A stretch of 64,000 bases of DNA from Flavobacteriales bacterium. GTDB lineage: Bacteria; Bacteroidota; Bacteroidia; Flavobacteriales; Flavobacteriaceae. The stretch is from contig JAMOUV010000032.1 in assembly GCA_027067965.1 (NCBI GenBank), forward strand, positions 114,315 through 178,314. Direction: 5' to 3'. Below, one piece after another: positions 19,616 through 26,682 of this stretch (position 1 is the first letter of the stretch; every line of letters begins with the position of its first letter). The translations under genes were made by a program, and so were the position numbers. The notes under the pieces were generated by a model. The model was given only the letters and a program-made list of their open reading frames with translations. It searched no databases and was not told the DNA's origin.

Positions 19616-22597
19616 ATGGTCTATACCCGGCAAACCCTCCATAACTACCTCCATCGCGATAGCCGAACCCGCGATGTTTATCATGATTTAAATCCATTTA
19701 AAGTCAAGGAAATACTCCTTGTATCCAGTTTATATGATGCCTATACCATCGAAAAGGAAGGGCGTTTTTCCGAAATTATGTTATACGATTACGGAAATCT
19801 TAATCTTACTTCCGTGCCGCGAATCACCGGGGTGTCCACTAAAAAAGAAACCATCCAACAGCTCGAAAACAAAAATATCGACATGGTGGTGGTAATGGTG
19901 GGTTTTAATATCAACCGCTCCATACGCATCATCAAAGCCATTAAAGAAAAATTTCCCGATAAACCCGTCTTTATTTTGCTCACCAACCACTCTCAAATCA
20001 AGCATTTTCAATTGCGGCAGCAAGAAATCGGTTTTGACCGGCTGTTTGTGTGGGACGGCGATCCGCGTATCTTTTTTGCGATGATAAAATATCTCGAAGA
20101 CCTCAAAAACGTAGAAAACGATGTGAAATTGGCCAATGTGCGTATCATCCTGATCGTGGAAGATTCGCCTATTTATTATTCCGCCTATTTGACTAATTTA
20201 TACAAGGTTATTTTCGAGCAAACCAATAAAATTATCAATGAAATAAAAACCGACAAACTCTACAAAGTACTTAAACTCCGGGCGAGACCCAAAATCTTAT
20301 TGGCCACAACTTATGAAGAAGCCGAAGAAATATTTGAAAAATATAAAAATAACATCTACATCGTCATCTCGGACGTTCAATTTCCCAAAGCAGGCAAAAT
20401 TCAAGATAACGCGGGTTTTGAACTCATCGAAGAATTTAGAAAATACAAATCCGACTTGCCCGTGATTATGCTCTCGTCGGATAAAAAGAAACTCTTCGAA
20501 GCCGAACAAAAAGATATTACTTTTCTCGATAAAAACGATTCGAATTTATTTAAAAAACTCCAACGGAAAATTATTTATAAACTCGGATTCGGCGATTTTG
20601 TTTTCCGGGACGGACAAGGCAATGAAATTGCCCGCGCTACCAATATCAGTGAATTCGAGGAATTGATTCAAAAGGTGCCCGACGATTCCATTATGTATCA
20701 TGCATCGCGGCATCACTTTTCGCGTTGGTTGATGTCGCGGTCGGAAATTCAAGTGGCATCGCTACTCAAACAAAAGCAAGCCACCGATTTTAATAATCCG
20801 GACGAAATCAGAAATTACGTACTGGAAATGCTCAAAATCTACCGCGACGAAAAACCCGCCGGAAAGGTCATCCCGATTGATGAAAAACATTGTCACAACG
20901 AAGCCAATATACTTTTGCTTTCGGAAGGTGCTTTCGGCGGTAAAGGACGCGGCTTGGCCTTCATTAACTCCTTGTTGCATAAAACCGATTTGAGCAATGC
21001 AGTGGACGGGATTCGTATCAAAATTCCGCGTACGGCGATTATCGGCACCAAAGAGTTTGAAAATTTTATTCAAAATAATAACCTGACCGACATCAAAGAA
21101 TTAGGGTTGTCGGATTTGGAAATAAAAAAGCGATTCCTGGAAGGAAAATTGTCGCACGAAGTCAAAGAAAACCTGTGGCTTCTATTAAAATGTTTCAAAA
21201 AACCCTTGGCCATTCGTTCGTCCGGCTTGTTTGAAGACAGTTTGGACCAACCCTTTGCCGGCATATTCGATACTTATCTATTGCCGAACAATTCGCCCGA
21301 TCAGAAATTGCGTTTCAAGCAACTTACCGATGCCGTCAAATTGGTCTATGCATCGGTATTCTTTGAGGATGCGCTTAATTATTCGAAATCGTTAAACAAA
21401 AAACTCGGCGAAGAAAAAATGGCCATCGTCATCGAAGAATTGGTAGGACATGAATACAACGGATTGTATTATCCGCACATTAGCGGTGTGGCTCAGTCAT
21501 ACAATTTTTATCCTTTTTCGGACATGCGACCCGATGACGGTTTTGCAGTGATTGCCATTGGCTTGGGAAGTTATGTGGTGGAAGGCAATGTGGCATACAG
21601 ATTTTCGCCCAAACATCCAAAAATCCAAATGCTTTCCCAAAAAGACCAGATGAAATACAGCCAAACATATTTTTATGCATTGGATATGACCCAACCCAAT
21701 CCCGATTTATTACAAGGACCCGACGTGACTATCAAAAAGGTTGATATTTATGATGCCTTAGCCCATGGTACTTTAATGCATTTGGTTTCCACTTATGATT
21801 ATAATAATGACATGATGTATGCAGGGGCCTATGAAAACGGGACGTTGGTAGTGAATTTCGCCGATATTTTACAAAACGAATATATTCCTTTGGCAAAAAC
21901 CATTCAATTGATATTGAAGAGTTTACGCGATTCCTTCGATACGCCGGTCGAAATCGAATTTGCCGTGGATTTGACCCCGCAAGATCACGGCGAACCCGTT
22001 TTTTACATTCTTCAAGTCAAACCCTTGATTATACCATTGGAAAATTTTTCGGTTTCCATAGACAAAGCCGACCCGGAACGAATGATTATTTACGCCGAAA
22101 AAAGTATGGGCAACGGTATCATAAACGATATTACGGATGTCATTTATGTAAAAAACGATGCATTTGACAAAACCCGCACACTTGAAATTGCCGAAGAAAT
22201 AGGAAAATTAAATGAAAAAATGGGTCGGGAATCGCGTAAATATTTATTAATCGGACCGGGACGTTGGGGCACACGCGACCGGTTCATCGGCATTCCGGTA
22301 CGATGGCCTCAAATTTCTTATGCCAAAGTCATTGTGGAAACCAGTCTGGAAGGATTTCCATTGGACGCCTCTTACGGCTCGCATTTCTTTCATAATATTA
22401 CCACATTGCACATTGCCTATTTTTCCGTATTTCCCGACCGGGGCAAGGGTTTTATCAAATATGACAAATTGGAAAAAGCCGAATTAATAGAAGAAACGGA
22501 ATTTTTTAAGCACGTGCGATTCGAACGCCCGTTAAAAATCATTATTGACGGAAGTAAACGGAAAGCGGCTGTATTGGAGCCGGATCCCGGAACTTAA
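19616..22597 (+). CDS. multidomain protein: pseudo-receiver, receiver (REC), PEP/pyruvate-binding ATP-grasp (PPDK_N-like), and an unrecognised C-terminal domain
   Basis: REC features are ILIVEDS, IVISDVQFP, VIMLSSD and FLDKN. ATP-grasp features are GGKGRGLAFIN, LAIRSSGLFEDS and MAIVIEELVG. I could not see a GGxTSHAA-type swivel phospho-His motif. Confidence 0.8.
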   Translation: MVYTRQTLHNYLHRDSRTRDVYHDLNPFKVKEILLVSSLYDAYTIEKEGRFSEIMLYDYGNLNLTSVPRITGVSTKKETIQQLENKNIDMVVVMVGFNINRSIRIIKAIKEKFPDKPVFILLTNHSQIKHFQLRQQEIGFDRLFVWDGDPRIFFAMIKYLEDLKNVENDVKLANVRIILIVEDSPIYYSAYLTNLYKVIFEQTNKIINEIKTDKLYKVLKLRARPKILLATTYEEAEEIFEKYKNNIYIVISDVQFPKAGKIQDNAGFELIEEFRKYKSDLPVIMLSSDKKKLFEAEQKDITFLDKNDSNLFKKLQRKIIYKLGFGDFVFRDGQGNEIARATNISEFEELIQKVPDDSIMYHASRHHFSRWLMSRSEIQVASLLKQKQATDFNNPDEIRNYVLEMLKIYRDEKPAGKVIPIDEKHCHNEANILLLSEGAFGGKGRGLAFINSLLHKTDLSNAVDGIRIKIPRTAIIGTKEFENFIQNNNLTDIKELGLSDLEIKKRFLEGKLSHEVKENLWLLLKCFKKPLAIRSSGLFEDSLDQPFAGIFDTYLLPNNSPDQKLRFKQLTDAVKLVYASVFFEDALNYSKSLNKKLGEEKMAIVIEELVGHEYNGLYYPHISGVAQSYNFYPFSDMRPDDGFAVIAIGLGSYVVEGNVAYRFSPKHPKIQMLSQKDQMKYSQTYFYALDMTQPNPDLLQGPDVTIKKVDIYDALAHGTLMHLVSTYDYNNDMMYAGAYENGTLVVNFADILQNEYIPLAKTIQLILKSLRDSFDTPVEIEFAVDLTPQDHGEPVFYILQVKPLIIPLENFSVSIDKADPERMIIYAEKSMGNGIINDITDVIYVKNDAFDKTRTLEIAEEIGKLNEKMGRESRKYLLIGPGRWGTRDRFIGIPVRWPQISYAKVIVETSLEGFPLDASYGSHFFHNITTLHIAYFSVFPDRGKGFIKYDKLEKAELIEETEFFKHVRFERPLKIIIDGSKRKAAVLEPDPGT

Positions 22598-22612
22598 TTT
22601 ACATTTCTTCTG

Positions 22613-23016
22613 TCATCGCGAATAACTGAATCTAAAAATATATTCATGTCCCGCGTTAATAACTAGACGTTCGTAGGAAAAATTTTTCTTATCCAATTCA
22701 ACCACATGATATGTCACCGGAGTATCATTATCCGGCTGGAATGTAATTGTTTTATTTTTCTTATCATAAGACCATTGGCCCTCTTCATTTTGGTTAATTG
22801 AGTAAAGCACATACCGGTGAGATTTATCCATTTTTAATTCCGTATTCAGAGGTAAAATCTGACTGAGACTTCCATCTTTAAATAATTAGAGTTTTTCTCC
22901 TTTCCATAGTTCCTTAGTAAGCAATGATTCCGGATCGAGCCCGAGGATTTTCTTGCACGAAACGGTACCGAGCAATACTAAAATAACGGCGGCAAATAAA
23001 AAAGTTTTTTTTTCAT
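22613..23016 (-). pseudogene. decayed lipocalin-like lipoprotein gene (LP1): homopolymer frameshift plus in-frame TAA
   Basis: The ATG at 23016 is followed by A9 (T9 at 23005-23013 on the plus strand). Three intact paralogs (LP2-LP4) have ATG then A7, and LP5 has a TTG start then A7. As a result the signal peptide KTFLFAAVILVLLGTVSCKKILGLDPESLLTKELWKGEKL is out of frame with the ATG. A TAA at 22886-22888 interrupts the frame, which continues into the listed ORF 22613..22831. Confidence 0.7.
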
Positions 23017-23102
23017 AATTTTCAAAATAGTCATTAAATTTTGTGAAGCATGAAAATTACAATCAAAGGAATTCCATAAATTAAATGAAAAGAGGTTATA
23101 TT

Positions 23103-23519
23103 CTAATCTCTATAAAAATAATGCTTAATTATCAAACTACTTCCATCTTCTGCATTTGTCTTTATTTCCATATTCAACGTTTTTTTGTTTAATTCCGACA
23201 CAAAAAAAGTTAAAGGCGGATCATTATCCGGTTCCAAAACCAATTTTTCCATTTTGTCATCATAGGTCCAATTTCCTTCCTCAAAAACAGAATTATTTAT
23301 ATAAAGCTTATACCGATGAGTCTTTTTATTGACTTCAAAAACCCAATCATTTATATTTCGAGTAGAATGCAAAGTTCCATTCGTAATAACTTCCATTTTA
23401 TCTCCTTTCCATGGTTTTTTTGATAAAAGTGATTCGGAATCGAGTCCGAGCAACTTTTTACAAGATGTGGTACTTACTAACATCAGGAATATTGTGGCAA
23501 GTAAAAGTGTTTTTTTCAT
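23103..23519 (-). CDS. small lipocalin-like lipoprotein (LP2)
   Basis: MKKTLLLATIFLMLVSTTSCKKLLGLDSESLLSKKPWKGDK followed by the G.W.Y pattern. The ATG at 23519 is preferred over the TTG at 23528. Confidence 0.75.
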   Translation of the reverse strand: MKKTLLLATIFLMLVSTTSCKKLLGLDSESLLSKKPWKGDKMEVITNGTLHSTRNINDWVFEVNKKTHRYKLYINNSVFEEGNWTYDDKMEKLVLEPDNDPPLTFFVSELNKKTLNMEIKTNAEDGSSLIIKHYFYRD

Positions 23520-23594
23520 AACTTTCAAATTTTATCAACCATAAAATTTACAATCAAAAAAATTCCAAAAATTGAATGAAAAAGAGGTTATATT

Positions 23595-24008
23595 CTAATT
23601 TCTATAAAAATAAAACTTAATTACAATTTCATTCCCCCCGGAATATTGGGTTAATTCGAAATTCAAGTTTTTTTTCTTCAATTCGGTTACATATAAACTT
23701 ACCGGCATTTCGGTATCGGAATCTAAGATCATCCTTTTCGTATCTTCATCGTAAGTCCAAGTTCCTTCGTCCGATGCCGAATTATTTCTGTAAAGCACAT
23801 AACGATGCGTTTTTTTATTAAACTCCAGTACCGCATCATCTATATTGGTACTGTTATTTAAACTCCCATCTATATAAGTTTCAAATTTATCTCCTTTCCA
23901 TGGTTTTTTTGATAAAAGTGATTCGGGATCAAGTCCGAGCAACTTTTTACAAGATGTGGTACTTACTAATATTAGAAAAATTGTAGCGAATAAAAATGTT
24001 TTTTTCAT
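23595..24008 (-). CDS. small lipocalin-like lipoprotein (LP3)
   Basis: MKKTFLFATIFLILVSTTSCKKLLGLDPESLLSKKPWKGDK. The 5' 80 nt are nearly identical to LP2. Confidence 0.75.
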   Translation of the reverse strand: MKKTFLFATIFLILVSTTSCKKLLGLDPESLLSKKPWKGDKFETYIDGSLNNSTNIDDAVLEFNKKTHRYVLYRNNSASDEGTWTYDEDTKRMILDSDTEMPVSLYVTELKKKNLNFELTQYSGGNEIVIKFYFYRN

Positions 24009-24042
24009 CTCTTTTTGATTTTAAATATTAATATGCTATTTT

Positions 24043-24450
24043 TTAATGTGTCAAATACCATTTAAACTTATATTCATCTCCTGAAAAAATGGTGGTTACT
24101 TCCATGATTAGATTTTTCCTATTTAATTTTAATATATCATAAGTAATTGGCACGTTGTGGTCCGGGTCAAAAGTGATTTGATTTCGTTTTTTATTATATG
24201 ACCATTGACCTTCTTCATCAATGATATTATTATGATAAACCGTATAACGATGGTTTTTTTTGATATCCAATACCCAATCCTCTATGGATTTACTATTAAC
24301 CAAATTTCCATTTTTATACCTTTCGGCTTTTTCTCCAATCCATGGTTTTCTGATAAGTAAGGATTCCGGGTCTCGCCCGAGTAGTTTTTTACATGAAGTA
24401 GTGCCCATTAATACCAAAAATAATGTGGCGATTAAGAAAGTTTTTTTCAT
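24043..24450 (-). CDS. small lipocalin-like lipoprotein (LP4)
   Basis: MKKTFLIATLFLVLMGTTSCKKLLGRDPESLLIRKPWIGEK, a paralog of LP2/LP3/LP5. Confidence 0.75.
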   Translation of the reverse strand: MKKTFLIATLFLVLMGTTSCKKLLGRDPESLLIRKPWIGEKAERYKNGNLVNSKSIEDWVLDIKKNHRYTVYHNNIIDEEGQWSYNKKRNQITFDPDHNVPITYDILKLNRKNLIMEVTTIFSGDEYKFKWYLTH

Positions 24451-24490
24451 GACTTTATGAATCTTAATGTGAATTGAATTATTTTTTCTT

Positions 24491-24892
24491 TTAATGAATA
24501 AAATAATACCTCGTCACAAATTCATGTCCCGAAGACATGGTCTTTCGTTCATAAATAAAACTATTTTTATCAAGTTTAATTACATCATATTTCCATAAAT
24601 GAGAACCATCCGGAGTAAATATTATGGTTTTATGCTTTTTATCATATTCCCATTCTCCATGTTCATCTTCCGGATCATGATAAAAGGTATATCGATGTGA
24701 CTTATCCATCTCCAAAACCCAATTCAAAGGCACTTCACGTGTTAAACTACCATCCATATAATGTTCGTATTTATTTCCTTTCCAGGATTCTTTGGTAAGA
24801 AGCGATTCCGGGTCTAACCCGAATAGTTTTTTGCAAGAAGAGAGATTAATTAGCAAAAAAAATGCAGTTGTAAATAAAAAAATTTTTTTCAA
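24491..24892 (-). CDS. small lipocalin-like lipoprotein (LP5), apparent TTG start
   Basis: (M)KKIFLFTTAFFLLINLSSCKKLFGLDPESLLTKESWKGNK. The codon at 24890-24892 reads TTG on the minus strand, and no in-frame ATG is nearby. Confidence 0.7.
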   Translation of the reverse strand: MKKIFLFTTAFFLLINLSSCKKLFGLDPESLLTKESWKGNKYEHYMDGSLTREVPLNWVLEMDKSHRYTFYHDPEDEHGEWEYDKKHKTIIFTPDGSHLWKYDVIKLDKNSFIYERKTMSSGHEFVTRYYFIH

Positions 24893-25236
24893 AATAGATG
24901 GTTTATTGTTTTATTAATGTGTATCAAATTTTATGCCTTCTTTTGTTTTGATTTTAAAATAACTTACTTTAATTTTTAATAATATGATATTGATCATATT
25001 TGATTAAAATCATAACTAAACTCCATATATTTACTGTCCATATTGATTTTTTCGATAAACACAAAGAAAAATATAGATAAATATGTATTCATTTCCCATA
25101 AATTTGCTTGTTTTTCGGATTTATAATGCCCTTGTATGGATAAATGGAAAAATCAGCGTTTTTTCTTATGGGAACTATTAGTTCTTTCGTGCCGTCATAA
25201 CAACTAAAAAAATAACTAAAAAAATCAAATATCATC

Positions 25237-25267
25237 TTGCAGAACATAAAATTTTATTTTATATTTG
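25237..25267 (+). promoter_or_regulatory. candidate Bacteroidota sigma-A promoter for tRNA-Gln (-33 TTG, -7 TATATTTG)
   Basis: cTTG at 25237-25239 and TATATTTG (TAnnTTTG consensus) at 25260-25267 are separated by a 20-nt spacer. The box ends 13 nt before the mature tRNA 5' end. Confidence 0.45.
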
Positions 25268-25280
25268 CATCGCTTTTTAC

Positions 25281-25351
25281 AGACCCATGGTGTAACGGCA
25301 GCACTACAGATTTTGGTTCTGTCTGTCCAGGTTCGAATCCTGGTGGGTCTA
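25281..25351 (+). tRNA. tRNA-Gln (anticodon TTG), CCA not encoded
   Basis: Manual cloverleaf fold. Acceptor AGACCCA/TGGGTCT; D-stem GTGT/GCAC with GG in the loop. Anticodon stem ACAGA/TCTGT with loop TT-TTG-GT; T-arm CCAGG-TTCGAAT-CCTGG. Discriminator A, 71 nt in total. Confidence 0.93.
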
Positions 25352-25356
25352 CAGGA

Positions 25357-25385
25357 AGCAGTCGGATTATTCGGCTGCTTTTTTT
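25357..25385 (+). terminator. rho-independent terminator after tRNA-Gln
   Basis: Stem AGCAGTCG / CGGCTGCT (8 bp including one G-T wobble), loop GATTATT, then a T6 run. Confidence 0.65.
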
Positions 25386-25428
25386 ATTTTTACAAAATGA
25401 AACAAGAAAAGGGTTGCACGTGTTTAAA

Positions 25429-26679
25429 ATGAATAAATTTTCTCTCATATTATTGATAACCGGCTTATTATTAACCGCTTGCCGTCATAAGGAAAAGAAA
25501 ACCGGGACCCAAGACCGAATCAAACCGCAAGAAAAAGCCGAAGTAAAAATCGAAAAGTTTCTCCATTTTCCCCTTAATATATATCACATCGAAAAGGATA
25601 CCGTACAAAAAAACGAAACACTGGCTAAAATTTTAAATAGTCACCATATCTCTTCTCAGGAAATTTATCGCATCACGCAAGAAATAGACTCCCTTTTCGA
25701 CCCGAAAAAAATTCGTGCCGGGAAAATTTATTATATGGTCTATCCGAAAAATTCCCAAGACACGACCGGCAAACCGGAAGCATTTGTTTATCAAGAAACC
25801 GCCGCGGATTATACGGTTATTTATCTGCACGATAAGCGGGACGAAATTTTAGAAAAAATTTCCAAACCGGTCATAGAAAAGAAGAAAGAAATCAGTGTAC
25901 CCATCGAAAATTCATTGTTTTACGATTTACAAATCCGGAATATCAGTCCGGTTTTGGCGCTAAAATTATCGGACATTTATGCATGGACCGTTGATTTTTT
26001 TCATTTACAACCCCGCGATAAATTCAAAGCCATCTATTTCGACCGCTATGTGGATACCACCTATTTGGGAGTAGGCGACATCAAAGCGGCTGTTTTTTAT
26101 CATTACGGCGACACGATATATGCTTTCCGCTACGAATTCGATACCCTAAACGGCCGGTATGATTATTTTGACGAAAAAGGAAAAACCCTTCGCAAACAGT
26201 TCCTCAAATCACCCATCAAATTCGGCCGAATCACTTCGAGATACTCCCTTCGGAGATATGTCCGGCTTTACGGCCGCATCAAACCCCATTTCGGTACCGA
26301 TTTCGCCGCTCCGGTAGGCACTCCCATTTATTCGACCGCCGACGGCGTGGTGGAAAAAGTCGGTTATACGCGTGGCAACGGAAATTATGTCAAAATTCGT
26401 CATAATGCCACTTATTCGACCCAATATCTGCATATGAGAAATTTTGCCAAAGGCATCCGGCCCGGTGTCCGCGTCAGACAAGGTCAGGTGATCGGTTATG
26501 TGGGAATGACGGGCTTTACGACCGGCCCTCATGTATGTTACCGCTTTTGGAAAAACGGCAAACAAGTGGATCCGTTCAAACAAAAACTTCCCGAAGCCAA
26601 ATCTTTGGATTCCACTTTGTTGGAAAATTATTTCCGTTACATCGAACCGCTTAAAAAACAATTGGACAGTTTACCATAA
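25429..26679 (+). CDS. M23-family peptidoglycan metalloendopeptidase lipoprotein
   Basis: MNKFSLILLITGLLLTACRHK signal and lipobox. M23 motifs are HFGTDFAAPVGTPIYSTADG, NYVKIRH and GMTGFTTGPHVCYRF. The ATG at 25429 is used because the listed 25237 start runs through the tRNA gene. Confidence 0.88.
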   Translation: MNKFSLILLITGLLLTACRHKEKKTGTQDRIKPQEKAEVKIEKFLHFPLNIYHIEKDTVQKNETLAKILNSHHISSQEIYRITQEIDSLFDPKKIRAGKIYYMVYPKNSQDTTGKPEAFVYQETAADYTVIYLHDKRDEILEKISKPVIEKKKEISVPIENSLFYDLQIRNISPVLALKLSDIYAWTVDFFHLQPRDKFKAIYFDRYVDTTYLGVGDIKAAVFYHYGDTIYAFRYEFDTLNGRYDYFDEKGKTLRKQFLKSPIKFGRITSRYSLRRYVRLYGRIKPHFGTDFAAPVGTPIYSTADGVVEKVGYTRGNGNYVKIRHNATYSTQYLHMRNFAKGIRPGVRVRQGQVIGYVGMTGFTTGPHVCYRFWKNGKQVDPFKQKLPEAKSLDSTLLENYFRYIEPLKKQLDSLP

Positions 26680-26682
26680 ACC

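Larger units (their letters stand above)
22613..24892 (-). repeat. tandem array of five paralogous lipoprotein genes with a unit of roughly 400-490 bp
   Basis: Head-to-tail copies with short spacers of 34-86 nt. The 5' coding block and the 3' flank are shared between units. Confidence 0.8.

Noticed and set aside
22613-25351. The idea that the AT-rich lipoprotein array is a tRNA-Gln-targeted genomic island.
   Set aside because: The array lies on the 5' (promoter) side of the tRNA rather than at its 3' end. I found no integrase, no direct repeat of the tRNA 3' end, and no mobility genes. Local tandem duplication explains it better.
25237-25428. N-terminal 64 codons of the listed 480-aa ORF.
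   Set aside because: This stretch translates through the tRNA-Gln gene and its terminator. A proper lipoprotein signal peptide begins at the ATG at 25429.
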